A DNA stretch of 9,963 nucleotides, taken from IMG/VR virus record IMGVR_UViG_648276656_000002, positions 1-9,963 of that record; one strand, 5' to 3'. The translations under genes and the position numbers were made by a program. Below the pieces are notes generated by a model that was not told the origin of the DNA, did not search any database, and was given only the letters and a program-made list of their open reading frames with translations. Of this stretch, positions 1-7,449 are shown one piece after another; the stretch's first letter is position 1, and every line of letters begins with the position of its first letter. Source of the stretch: a virus. Lineage: Duplodnaviria > Heunggongvirae > Uroviricota > Caudoviricetes.

Positions 1-309
1 CGCAAGGCAGAACGAATCGACTATGAATCCTTCCTGAACGCCTACAACACCGAAGTCGGTGACAGACTGCCACACGCTGTTGCGGTCAACGAGAAACGCA
101 AACGTCGCCTGAAGAAAATCATTCCGCAACTGAAAACGCCAAACGTGGACGGTTTCAGAGCGTATGTCAGGGCGTTTGTGCATCAGGCCAAGCCGTTTTA
201 CTTCGGAGACAACGACACTGGCTGGACGGCAGATTTTGATTACCTGCTGAGGGAAGATTCGTTAACGGGAGTACGGGAAGGGAAGTTTGCAGACAGGGGG
301 ATTGCATGA
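1..309 (+). CDS. Replication initiation protein (O-like), C-terminal fragment; 5' end lies outside the window
   Basis: Frame 1 is open from the window edge to TGA 307-309. The stop overlaps the helicase ATG (ATGA at 306-309), the coupled initiator/helicase arrangement of P22-like replication modules. Identity rests on position and general character only. Confidence 0.5.
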   Translation, partial: RKAERIDYESFLNAYNTEVGDRLPHAVAVNEKRKRRLKKIIPQLKTPNVDGFRAYVRAFVHQAKPFYFGDNDTGWTADFDYLLREDSLTGVREGKFADRGIA

Positions 310-1682
310 GACAGGATATCGAAGCGAGCGTTATCGGTGGCTTGCTGATTGGTGGATTAACACCAACCGCCAGCGACGTTCTGGCAACGCTGGAGCCGGA
401 AGCGTTTTCAATTCCGCTCTACCGGAAAGCCTTCGAAGTTATCCGCAAGCAGGCGAGAAACAGAAACCTAATCGACGCGCTGATGGTTGCCGAGGCGTGC
501 GGAGAGGAGCATTTCACGTCAATCCTGATGACCAGCAAAAACTGCCCGAGTGCCGCAAACCTGAAGGGATATGCCGGAATGGTCGCGGATAACTATCACC
601 GCCGTCTGGTGCTGGAAATCATGGATGAAATGCGTGAACCAATTCAGAGCGGAACCATCGACGCATCGAGTCAGGCGATGGATGAGCTTGTAAAGCGTCT
701 TTCAGCCATCAGAAAGCCCCGTGACGAGGTTAAACCGGTACGGTTAGGGGAAATCATCACCGACTACACTGACACGCTTGACAGGCGTCTGAGGAACGGA
801 GAAGAGTCAGATACCCTGAAGACCGGAATCGAAGAACTTGATGCCATCACCGGAGGGATGAACGCGGAAGACCTGGTGATAATCGCTGCTCGTCCTGGTA
901 TGGGGAAAACCGAACTGGCGCTGAAGATTGCCGAAGGCGTTGCAAGCCGCGTTATTCCTGGTTCTGACGTCCGGCGCGGAGTGTTGATTTTCTCGATGGA
1001 AATGAGCGCATTGCAGATTGCAGAGCGAAGCATTGCCAACGCCGGGAGGATGTCGGTTAGCGTACTGCGAAATCCTGCATCGATGGATGACGAAGGCTGG
1101 GCGCGTGTTGCTAACGGCATGAGTCAGCTTGCAGATTTGGATGTATGGGTAGTCGATGCCTCGCGGTTATCGGTAGAAGAAATTCGCTCAATCGCAGAGC
1201 GGCACAAACAGGAAAATCCAAACCTGTCACTCATCATGGCGGATTATCTTGGCCTGATTGAGAAGCCGAAAGCAGACCGCAACGACCTCGCAATTGCTCA
1301 CATCTCAGGAAGCCTGAAGGCGATGGCGAAAGACCTGAAAACGCCAGTTATATCCCTAAGTCAGCTTTCGCGCGATGTTGAGAAGCGACCAAATAAACGC
1401 CCGACAAACGCAGATTTGCGTGATTCAGGAAGCATTGAACAGGACGCAGACTCAATCATCATGCTCTATCGGGAAGCGGTATATGACGAGAACAGTAGCG
1501 CCGCGCCATTTGCTGAAATCATTGTGACGAAAAACCGTTTTGGCTCGCTTGGTACGGTTTACCAGCGGTTCTGCAACGGACACTTTGTTGCATGTGACCA
1601 GGATGAAGCCAGACAGATTTGCACAGCATCAAATGCACCTGCTGCGCGTGGCAGACGATATGCACAAGGGGCTGACGTATGA
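306..1682 (+). CDS. DnaB-family replicative DNA helicase (phage P22 gene 12-like)
   Basis: 458-aa ORF with Walker A ARPGMGKT at nt 888-911 and a DnaB-like N-terminal region. Shine-Dalgarno AGGGGG at 294-299. Stop overlaps the next ORF start (ATGA 1679-1682). Confidence 0.9.
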   Translation: MRQDIEASVIGGLLIGGLTPTASDVLATLEPEAFSIPLYRKAFEVIRKQARNRNLIDALMVAEACGEEHFTSILMTSKNCPSAANLKGYAGMVADNYHRRLVLEIMDEMREPIQSGTIDASSQAMDELVKRLSAIRKPRDEVKPVRLGEIITDYTDTLDRRLRNGEESDTLKTGIEELDAITGGMNAEDLVIIAARPGMGKTELALKIAEGVASRVIPGSDVRRGVLIFSMEMSALQIAERSIANAGRMSVSVLRNPASMDDEGWARVANGMSQLADLDVWVVDASRLSVEEIRSIAERHKQENPNLSLIMADYLGLIEKPKADRNDLAIAHISGSLKAMAKDLKTPVISLSQLSRDVEKRPNKRPTNADLRDSGSIEQDADSIIMLYREAVYDENSSAAPFAEIIVTKNRFGSLGTVYQRFCNGHFVACDQDEARQICTASNAPAARGRRYAQGADV

Positions 1683-1762
1683 CCATCTACATCACTGAGC
1701 TGATAGCAGGCCTGCTGGTAATCGCAGGCCTTTTTATTTGGGGGAGGGTAAATCGTGGCTGA
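1679..1762 (+). CDS. Small hydrophobic peptide, 27 aa ([27 protein letters not shown]), hypothetical
   Basis: ATG overlaps the helicase stop (ATGA). One predicted transmembrane helix followed by a basic tail. Below the ORF-track length cutoff; found by manual reading. Confidence 0.3.
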   Translation: MTIYITELIAGLLVIAGLFIWGRVNRG

Positions 1763-1961
1763 GTTAATTTTCTCTGCATTGAGGATTCTCGGTGCTATGT
1801 GGATGGTGGCGACGTTCATTGTTGTTGCCAGCAGTTTTGTCCGGTTGGTAGGCGAAGGTAAAGACCTGGTGGGTGTGCTTTTCGGTAGCATTTTCCTGTG
1901 GGTGATTATCGGTGTTATGCCTGTTGTCGTAGCAAAAGTGGCGTGGCGTTTTGTGAGTTGA
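1755..1961 (+). CDS. Small membrane protein, 68 aa, two predicted transmembrane helices, hypothetical
   Basis: GTG start at 1755 preceded by GGGAGG at 1741-1746 with 8-nt spacing. Overlaps the 27-aa ORF by 8 nt. Strongly hydrophobic with two roughly 20-residue apolar segments. Confidence 0.5.
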   Translation: MAELIFSALRILGAMWMVATFIVVASSFVRLVGEGKDLVGVLFGSIFLWVIIGVMPVVVAKVAWRFVS

Positions 1962-1968
1962 GGTAACG

Positions 1969-2415
1969 ATGAAGCAAATATACATGCTTCGCAACGAAGC
2001 AATCAGAAATAACGCCATAGACGCAATACTCTCACTTCCCATCGACGACAAGTCACCTCATGAAGTCCACGTTAGAGAACCCAAACGCAGCAAAGCGCAG
2101 AATGACCGTATGTGGCCGATGCTGAACGATGTTTCGCGTCAGGTGCTATGGCATGGTCAACGGCTGGCGCCGGAAGACTGGAAAGACCTGTTCACTGCCC
2201 TGTGGCTTAAGACCAAAAAACTGGAGCAACGAAGTGTGCCTGGTATCGATGGTGGCGTTGTCATGCTTGGCGTGCGTACCAGCAAAATGCGAAAGGCCAG
2301 CATGACTGAGCTTATCGAAATCATGTTCTGGTTCGGCTCAGAGCGCAACGTGCGATGGAGTGATGACTCCCGGCGAGAGTATGAATGGTCACAACGAAAA
2401 GGGAAGGCTGCATGA
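1969..2415 (+). CDS. ninB: NinB (Orf-family recombination mediator)
   Basis: 148 aa. Motifs NDRMWPMLNDVSRQV and WHGQRL match the lambda NinB/Orf family as I remember it. GAGG ribosome-binding site directly upstream. Stop overlaps the next start (ATGA 2412-2415). Confidence 0.9.
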   Translation: MKQIYMLRNEAIRNNAIDAILSLPIDDKSPHEVHVREPKRSKAQNDRMWPMLNDVSRQVLWHGQRLAPEDWKDLFTALWLKTKKLEQRSVPGIDGGVVMLGVRTSKMRKASMTELIEIMFWFGSERNVRWSDDSRREYEWSQRKGKAA

Positions 2416-2939
2416 CTATCAAATCAAATACGCCAGCACACGACAAGGACTGCTGGCAAACGCCGCTTTGGCTTTTTGATGCACTGGATATTGAGTTTGG
2501 ATTCTGGCTGGATTCGGCAGCGAGCGACAAAAATGCTCTGTGTGCTCACTGGCTAACTGAGGCCGACGACGCGCTCAATTCTGAGTGGGTAAGCCACGGT
2601 GCAATCTGGAATAACCCACCGTACAGCAATATCAGGCCGTGGGTGGAAAAAGCCGCTGAGCAGTGCATACAACAACGACAGACGGTAGTGATGCTTGTGC
2701 CAGAGGATATGTCTGTCGGATGGTTCAGCAAGGCTCTGGAGAGTGTTGACGAAGTTCGCATCATCACTGATGGACGGATTAATTTTATCGAACCATCGAC
2801 AGGGCTGGAGAAGAAGGGAAACAGCAAAGGCTCAATGCTGCTGATTTGGCGACCGTTCATCAGTCCTCGACGGATGTTTACCACCGTATCCAAAGCGGCA
2901 TTGATGGCGATCGGGCAGGGCGTCAGGAGGGCTGCATGA
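2412..2939 (+). CDS. Phage Dam-family DNA N6-adenine methyltransferase (orphan)
   Basis: Catalytic NPPY motif within IWNNPPYSN, and N-terminal CWQTPLWLF typical of the small phage N6-adenine methyltransferase family. Start chosen at ATG 2412 (ATGA coupling with ninB) rather than the in-frame ATG at 2385. No adjacent restriction endonuclease gene. Confidence 0.85.
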   Translation: MTIKSNTPAHDKDCWQTPLWLFDALDIEFGFWLDSAASDKNALCAHWLTEADDALNSEWVSHGAIWNNPPYSNIRPWVEKAAEQCIQQRQTVVMLVPEDMSVGWFSKALESVDEVRIITDGRINFIEPSTGLEKKGNSKGSMLLIWRPFISPRRMFTTVSKAALMAIGQGVRRAA

Positions 2940-3118
2940 GACGACAGCGACGAAGTATCACCGACATCATCTGCGAAAACTGCAAATACCTTCCAACGAA
3001 ACGCTCCAGAAATAAACGCAAGCCAATCCCAAAAGAATCTGACGTAAAAACCTTCAACTACACGGCTCACCTGTGGGATATCCGGTGGCTAAGACATCGT
3101 GCGAGGAATACAAGGTGA
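2936..3118 (+). CDS. ninE: NinE
   Basis: 60-aa ORF starting [23 protein letters not shown], matching lambda NinE from memory. ATG 2936 overlaps the methyltransferase stop. The ORF track gives a longer upstream in-frame extension that I regard as an artefact. Confidence 0.8.
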   Translation: MRRQRRSITDIICENCKYLPTKRSRNKRKPIPKESDVKTFNYTAHLWDIRWLRHRARNTR

Positions 3119-3285
3119 TTGACCCAAATCGAAGTTACGAACAAGAAAGCGTCGAGCGGGCTTTAACGTGCGCTAACTGCGGTCAGAAGCTGCATGTGCT
3201 GGAAGTTCACGTGTGCGCCGATTGCTGCGCAGAACTGATGAGCGATCCGAATAGCTCAATGTACGAGGAAGAAGACGATGAATGA
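3115..3285 (+). CDS. ninF: NinF
   Basis: Core sequence [47 protein letters not shown] matches lambda NinF from memory. Start proposed at GTG 3115 (GTGA overlap with the ninE stop, GAGG at 3103-3106). The ORF-track start at 3073 is also GTG and would add 14 residues with no counterpart. Confidence 0.75.
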   Translation: MIDPNRSYEQESVERALTCANCGQKLHVLEVHVCADCCAELMSDPNSSMYEEEDDE

Positions 3286-4000
3286 GTTAATAAATGGCAA
3301 TGCCATCAAAATGACAAGCATTGAAATCGCTGAGTTGGTGGGAAGTCGTCCAGATAACGTAAAAATATCAATAGAGCGCCTGGCTAAATCTGGAGTTATT
3401 CAACTTCCTGCATTGCAGGTTTTCGAAAAAATCAATAACTTAGGACTGCGCCGTAGTGTCGAGGCTTACGTCTTCGAAGGCGAACAAGGTAAGCGCGACA
3501 GCATTATTGTCGTTGCCCAGTTGTCGCCGGAATTCACCGCTCGCCTTGTTGACCGTTGGCGAGAGCTTGAAGAAGCTGCGGTTAATATCCCCAAAACGTT
3601 ACCGGAAGCGTTGCGCCTTGCTGCTGATCTTGCTGAGCAGAAAATGCAACTGGAAAACCAGCTCGCAATTGCCGCACCTAAAGTTGAGTTTGCCGATCGC
3701 GTTGGCGAGGCCAGCGGAATTTTGATTGGAAACTTTGCAAAGGTTGTCGGTATTGGTCCAAACAAACTGTTTGCGTGGATGCGCGATCACAAAATCCTTA
3801 TTGCTTCAGGTTCCCGGCGCAATGTGCCAATGCAGGAATATATGGATCTCGGCTATTTCACAGTGAAAGAAACAGCGGTCAACACAAATCACGGAATACA
3901 GATATCGTTCACCACAAAAATCACCGGGCGTGGTCAACAGTGGCTGACCAGAAAGCTGCTCGATAACGGAATGCTGAAAGTAACAGGGGAGGCTGCTTAA
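3278..4000 (+). CDS. Phage antirepressor-like protein (N-terminal Rha/AntA-like DNA-binding region, C-terminal KilAC/ANT-type domain)
   Basis: 240 aa. N-terminus TSIEIAELVGSRPDNVKISIERL resembles the HTH signature of Rha/antirepressor N-domains. C-terminus (KVVGIGPNKLFAWMRDHKIL ... QEYMDLGYFTVKE ... GRGQQWL) resembles the KilAC domain. GAGG 3265-3268 precedes ATG 3278; an alternative start is ATG 3311. Confidence 0.7.
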   Translation: MNELINGNAIKMTSIEIAELVGSRPDNVKISIERLAKSGVIQLPALQVFEKINNLGLRRSVEAYVFEGEQGKRDSIIVVAQLSPEFTARLVDRWRELEEAAVNIPKTLPEALRLAADLAEQKMQLENQLAIAAPKVEFADRVGEASGILIGNFAKVVGIGPNKLFAWMRDHKILIASGSRRNVPMQEYMDLGYFTVKETAVNTNHGIQISFTTKITGRGQQWLTRKLLDNGMLKVTGEAA

Positions 4001-4290
4001 TGGCTAATCTACGCAAAGAAGCACGCGGCAGAGAATGCCAGGTACGTATTTACGGCGTATGCAATGGTAATCCTGAAACTACAGTTCTGGCACATTACCG
4101 GATGGCTGGAATTTGCGGAACGGGAATGAAGCCTGACGACCTGATCGGCGCATGGGCTTGTAGCGCGTGTCACGATGAAATCGACCGACGCACCCATAAT
4201 CTCGACAACAAAGACGCCAGACTTTACCACCTCGAAGGCGTGATCAGGACGCAGGCGATACTACTGAAGGAGGGGAAGATTAAGCCATGA
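4000..4290 (+). CDS. ybcO: YbcO-like DUF1364 protein (putative metal-binding nuclease)
   Basis: 96 aa. MANLRKEARGRECQVRIYGVCNGNPETTVLAH ... CSACHDEIDRR matches E. coli DLP12 YbcO from memory. Cys/His cluster present. TAATG start overlap with the preceding gene and ATGA overlap with rusA. Confidence 0.8.
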   Translation: MANLRKEARGRECQVRIYGVCNGNPETTVLAHYRMAGICGTGMKPDDLIGAWACSACHDEIDRRTHNLDNKDARLYHLEGVIRTQAILLKEGKIKP

Positions 4291-4649
4291 ACGAATATCA
4301 GTTTGTGCTTCCATACCCGCCGTCGGTGAATACCTACTGGCGAAGACGGGGAAGCCAATACTACATCAGCGATAAAGGCCAGAAATACCGAAAAGACGTT
4401 CAGCAAATCATCCGCCAACTTAAGTTAGACATTTTCACCAAATCACGACTCCGCATCAAAGTAATCGCAGACGTTCCGGACTCCCGCCGCCGCGACCTCG
4501 ACAACATCCTGAAAGGTTTACTCGACTCCCTTATCCACGCCGGATTTGCGGAAGACGACGAGCAATTCGATGACATTCGCGTAATTCGTGGTGTGAAAGT
4601 ACCAGGTGGAAGGCTTGGAATAAAAATCACCGAACTGGAGAACGCATGA
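4287..4649 (+). CDS. rusA: RusA-family Holliday junction resolvase
   Basis: 120 aa, the same length as E. coli RusA. Contains the DSRRRDLDNILKGLLDSL motif with catalytic Asp residues in the family's RRRDLDN context. Located directly after ybcO as in DLP12-type prophages. Confidence 0.9.
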   Translation: MNEYQFVLPYPPSVNTYWRRRGSQYYISDKGQKYRKDVQQIIRQLKLDIFTKSRLRIKVIADVPDSRRRDLDNILKGLLDSLIHAGFAEDDEQFDDIRVIRGVKVPGGRLGIKITELENA

Positions 4650-4834
4650 ACGCCACAATTCAAACGATACCAGAGCTTCTTATCCAGACACGAGGCAATC
4701 AGACCGAAGTGGCAAGGATGCTTTCCTGCGCAAGAGGAACAGTGCTCAAGTACAACCGAGACAGCAAAGGCGAGCGTCACGTAATAGTTAACGGCGTCCT
4801 GATGGTCAAACAGGGCAAAAGGGGAAGGCCATGA
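4646..4834 (+). CDS. ninH: NinH-like small DNA-binding protein
   Basis: 62 aa. GNQTEVARMLSCARGTVLKY ... VIVNGVLMV matches the lambda NinH HTH region from memory. ATGA overlaps at both ends (4646-4649 and 4831-4834). Confidence 0.75.
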   Translation: MNATIQTIPELLIQTRGNQTEVARMLSCARGTVLKYNRDSKGERHVIVNGVLMVKQGKRGRP

Positions 4835-5454
4835 GACTCGAAAGCGTAGCTAAATTTCATTCGCCAAAAAGCCCGATGATGAGCGACTCACCACGGGCTA
4901 CGGCTTCTGACTCTCTTTCCGGTACTGATGTGATGGCTGCTATGGGGATGGCGCAATCACAAGCCGGATTCGGAATGGCTGCATTCTGCGGTAAGCATGA
5001 ACTCAGCCAGAACGACAAACAAAAGGCTATCAACTATCTGATGCAATTTGCACACAAGGTATCGGGGAAATACCGTGGCGTTGCAAAGCTTGAAGGAAAT
5101 ACTAAGGCAAAGGTACTGCAAGTACTCGCAACATTCGCTTATGCGGATTATTGCCGTAGTGCCGCGACGCCGGGCGCAAGATGCAGAGATTGCCACGGTA
5201 CAGGTCGTGCGGTTGATATAGCAAAAACAGAGCAGTGGGGGAGAGTTGTTGAGAAAGAGTGCGGAAGATGCAAAGGCGTCGGTTATTCAAGGATGCCAGC
5301 AAGCGCCGCATATCGCGCTGTAACGATGCTAATCCCCAACCTTACCCAACCCACCTGGTCACGCACTGTTAAGCCGCTGTATGACGCTCTGGTGGTGCAA
5401 TGTCACAAAGAAGAGTCAATCGCAGACAACATTTTGAATGCGGTCACACGTTAG
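4831..5454 (+). CDS. Q: Late-gene antiterminator Q (lambda-type)
   Basis: 207 aa. The whole sequence (MRLESVAKFHSPKSPMMSDSPRATASD ... zinc-binding CRDCHGTGR ... CGRCKG) matches lambda Q as I remember it. Followed by a lambda-like PR'/qut. Confidence 0.95.
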   Translation: MRLESVAKFHSPKSPMMSDSPRATASDSLSGTDVMAAMGMAQSQAGFGMAAFCGKHELSQNDKQKAINYLMQFAHKVSGKYRGVAKLEGNTKAKVLQVLATFAYADYCRSAATPGARCRDCHGTGRAVDIAKTEQWGRVVEKECGRCKGVGYSRMPASAAYRAVTMLIPNLTQPTWSRTVKPLYDALVVQCHKEESIADNILNAVTR

Positions 5455-5496
5455 CAGCATGATTGCCACGGATGGCAACATATTAACGGCATAATA

Positions 5497-5525
5497 TTGA
5501 CTTTTTGAATAAAGTTGGGTAAATT
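5497..5525 (+). promoter_or_regulatory. Late promoter PR' with overlapping Q-utilisation (qut) site
   Basis: -35 TTGACT at 5497-5502, 17-bp spacer, -10 TAAATT at 5520-5525. Sits 43 bp downstream of the Q stop as in lambda. Near-consensus sigma70 elements. Confidence 0.8.
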
Positions 5526-5531
5526 TGACCC

Positions 5532-5725
5532 AACGATGGGTTAATTCGCTCGTTGTGGTAGTGAGATGAAAAGAGGCGGCGCTTACTACCGATTCCGCCT
5601 AGTTGGTCACTTCGACGTATCGTCTGGAACTCCAACCATCGCAGGCTGAGAGGTCTGCAAAATGCAATCCCGAAACAGTTCGCAGGTAATAGTTAGAGCC
5701 TGCATAACGGTTTCGGGATTTTTTA
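5532..5725 (+). ncRNA. PR' leader transcript (lambda 6S RNA equivalent), ending at tR'
   Basis: Runs from the predicted start about 7 nt downstream of the -10 to the tR' hairpin and U-tract. The sequence closely matches my memory of the lambda 6S region. The 5' end is approximate. Confidence 0.6.
5666..5725 (+). terminator. tR' intrinsic terminator
   Basis: Long-range stem AATCCCGAAAC (5666-5676) pairing with GTTTCGGGATT (5710-5720), with internal structure, followed by a T-run at 5719-5724. Confidence 0.8.
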
Positions 5726-5859
5726 TATCTGTGCAACAGGTAAGAGCATTGAACCCGCAGACCTCGCGGAATTGGTGAAAGGTGCCGCGCAGTGCTCTTA
5801 TCGTTGTGGTGAAGCTCAATGGCGAGCTAGCAGATAGGCGACAGTGAAAATACTAGTCA

Positions 5860-5934
5860 TGTAGCTGACCGCCGCGCGTACTGCAATCGGCAGCGCACCG
5901 ATGGAAGCCGGTTCGATTCCGGCCGCCACAACCC
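5860..5934 (+). other. tRNA-like remnant (canonical T-arm, 5-bp anticodon-like stem, degenerate D-arm, no CCA)
   Basis: T-stem GCCGG (5907-5911), T-loop TTCGATT (5912-5918), T-stem CCGGC (5919-5923); the 11-mer GGTTCGATTCC is the classic T-psi-C signature. Upstream 5-bp stem ATCGG (5886-5890) pairs with CCGAT (5898-5902) but its loop CAGCGCA lacks U33. An acceptor-like pairing 5860-5866 with 5924-5930 gives only 5 of 7 base pairs. Confidence 0.35.
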
Positions 5935-6021
5935 AAACTGAGCCGTAGCCACTGGCTATCCTGAATTCATCAGTGATAGTTACGCTGCTGCCTTCTACAC
6001 ATGATCTTCGTGAAAGCGGGT

Positions 6022-6056
6022 GGCAGGAGGTCGCGCTAACAACCTCCTGCCGTTTT
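6022..6056 (+). other. Perfect 10-bp hairpin upstream of S (possible RNA structure or weak terminator)
   Basis: GGCAGGAGGT (6022-6031) pairs with ACCTCCTGCC (6042-6051) around a 10-nt loop, followed by GTTTT. Confidence 0.35.
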
Positions 6057-6176
6057 GCCCGTGCATATCGGTCACGAACAAATCTGATTACTAAACACAG
6101 TAGCCTGGATTTGTTCTATCAGTAATCGACCTTATTCCTAATTAAATAGAGCAAATCCCCTTATTGGGGGTAAGAC

Positions 6177-6500
6177 ATGAAGATGCCAGAAAAACATGAC
6201 CTGTTAGCCGCGATTCTCGCGGCAAAGGAACAAGGCATCGGGGCAATCCTTGCGTTTGCAATGGCGTACCTTCGCGGCAGATATAATGGCGGTGCGTTTA
6301 CAAAAACAGTAATCGACGCAACGATGTGCGCCATTATCGCCTGGTTCATTCGTGACCTTCTCGACTTCGCTGGACTAAGTAGCAATCTCGCTTATATAAC
6401 GAGCGTGTTCATCGGCTACATCGGTACTGACTCGATTGGTTCGCTTATCAAACGCTTCGCTGCTAAAAAAGCCGGAGTAGAAGATGGTGGAAATCAATAA
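6177..6500 (+). CDS. S: Holin S (class I, dual-start antiholin/holin)
   Basis: 107 aa, [22 protein letters not shown] ..., matching lambda S from memory. The Met1-Lys2-Met3 dual-start motif is present (ATG AAG ATG at 6177-6185). GGGGG ribosome-binding site upstream. Three transmembrane segments. Confidence 0.95.
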   Translation: MKMPEKHDLLAAILAAKEQGIGAILAFAMAYLRGRYNGGAFTKTVIDATMCAIIAWFIRDLLDFAGLSSNLAYITSVFIGYIGTDSIGSLIKRFAAKKAGVEDGGNQ

Positions 6501-6960
6501 TCAACGTAAGGCGTTCCTCGATATGCTGGCGTGGTCAGAGGGAACTGATAACGGACGTCAAAAAACCAGAAATCATGGTTATGACGTCATTGTTGGCGGA
6601 GAGCTATTCACTGATTACTCCGATCACCCTCGCAAACTTGTCACGCTAAACCCCAAACTCAAATCAACAGCCGCAGGACGTTACCAGCTTCTTTCCCGTT
6701 GGTGGGATGCCTACCGCAAGCAGCTTGGCCTGAAAGACTTCTCTCCGAAAAGTCAGGACGCTGTGGCATTGCAGCAGATTAAGGAGCGTGGCGCTTTGCC
6801 GATGATTGATCGCGGTGATATCCGTCAGGCAATCGACCGTTGCAGCAATATCTGGGCTTCACTGCCGGGTGCTGGTTATGGCCAGTTCGAGCATAAGGCT
6901 GACAGCCTGATTGCAAAATTCAAAGAAGCAGGCGGAACGGTCAGAGAGGTTGAGGTATGA
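6484..6960 (+). CDS. R: Endolysin R (lambda-type lytic transglycosylase)
   Basis: 158 aa, [35 protein letters not shown] ..., matching lambda R from memory. Start overlaps the S 3' end; stop overlaps the Rz start (ATGA 6957-6960). Confidence 0.95.
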   Translation: MVEINNQRKAFLDMLAWSEGTDNGRQKTRNHGYDVIVGGELFTDYSDHPRKLVTLNPKLKSTAAGRYQLLSRWWDAYRKQLGLKDFSPKSQDAVALQQIKERGALPMIDRGDIRQAIDRCSNIWASLPGAGYGQFEHKADSLIAKFKEAGGTVREVEV

Positions 6961-7394
6961 GCAGAGTCACCGCGATTATTTCCGCTCTGGTTATCTGCAT
7001 CATCGTCTGCCTGTCATGGGCTGTTAATCATTACCGTGATAACGCCATCGCCTACAAAGAGCAGCGCGACAAAGCCGCATCCATCATCGCTGACATGCAG
7101 AAGCGTCAACGTGATATAGCAGAACTAGACGCCAGATACACAAAGGAGCTTGCTGATGCTAACGCGACTATCGAAAGTCTCCGTGCTGATGTTTCTGCTG
7201 GGCGTAAGCGCCTGCAAGTCGCCGCCACCTGTGCAAAGTCAACGACCGGAGCCAGCAGCATGGGCGATGGAGAAAGCCCAAGACTTACAGCAGATGCTGA
7301 ACTCAATTATTACCGTCTACGAAGCGGAATCGACAGGATAACCGCGCAGGTTAACTACCTGCAGGAGTACATCAGGACTCAGTGCCTGAAATAA
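6957..7394 (+). CDS. Rz: Rz (i-spanin, inner-membrane subunit)
   Basis: 145 aa. The N-terminal transmembrane region [31 protein letters not shown] matches lambda Rz from memory; the periplasmic coiled-coil part diverges from lambda. Confidence 0.9.
   Translation: MSRVTAIISALVICIIVCLSWAVNHYRDNAIAYKEQRDKAASIIADMQKRQRDIAELDARYTKELADANATIESLRADVSAGRKRLQVAATCAKSTTGASSMGDGESPRLTADAELNYYRLRSGIDRITAQVNYLQEYIRTQCLK
7156..7341 (+). CDS. Rz1: Rz1 (o-spanin, outer-membrane lipoprotein) embedded in the +1 frame of Rz
   Basis: ATG 7156 preceded by AAGGAG at 7143-7148. Signal peptide ending in the lipobox-like VSAC with the Cys lipidation site, followed by a proline-rich mature region ([13 protein letters not shown]). 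The ORF-track start at 7150 is a TTG two codons upstream. Confidence 0.8.
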   Translation: MLTRLSKVSVLMFLLGVSACKSPPPVQSQRPEPAAWAMEKAQDLQQMLNSIITVYEAESTG

Positions 7395-7425
7395 TTTTTT
7401 TGCAAATCACAAAGTCTATTTAATG

Positions 7426-7449
7426 AGCCTCGCGATGCGGGGCTTTTTT
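7426..7449 (+). terminator. Rho-independent terminator downstream of the lysis cassette
   Basis: GC-rich stem GCCTCGC (7427-7433) pairing with GCGGGGC (7437-7443), including one G-U pair, around loop GAT, followed by TTTTTT (7444-7449). Confidence 0.7.

Noticed and set aside
287-592. 101-aa ORF on the + strand overlapping the helicase start in another frame
   Set aside because: Lies entirely inside the strongly supported upstream ORF end and helicase in an alternative frame, with no ribosome-binding site and a low-complexity, Arg-rich translation.
764-3070. Several minus-strand ORFs (764-1120, 1559-2002, 1764-2051, 2157-2348, 2321-2530, 2546-3070)
   Set aside because: All are antisense to well-supported + strand genes (helicase, NinB, methyltransferase, NinE). 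Their translations are low-complexity and Ser/Ala/Arg-rich with no motifs. Typical shadow ORFs.
3456-4780. Alternative-frame and antisense ORFs inside the antirepressor, ybcO, rusA and ninH genes
   Set aside because: Embedded within better-supported genes; no ribosome-binding sites; composition typical of out-of-frame translation.
5607-5819. 70-aa minus-strand ORF across the PR' leader and tR' region
   Set aside because: Overlaps the 6S/tR' RNA structure region, which is sufficient to explain the sequence; no start context; not in an operon context.
5860-5934. A complete functional tRNA gene
   Set aside because: Only the T-arm and one 5-bp stem are canonical. The D-arm cannot be formed, U33 and the CCA end are absent, and the acceptor stem has two mismatches. 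Kept as a tRNA-like remnant only.
6022-6056. Strong intrinsic terminator upstream of S
   Set aside because: The perfect 10-bp stem is followed only by GTTTT, a weak U-tract, and sits within the Q-antiterminated late transcript. Kept as a hairpin of uncertain function rather than a confident terminator.
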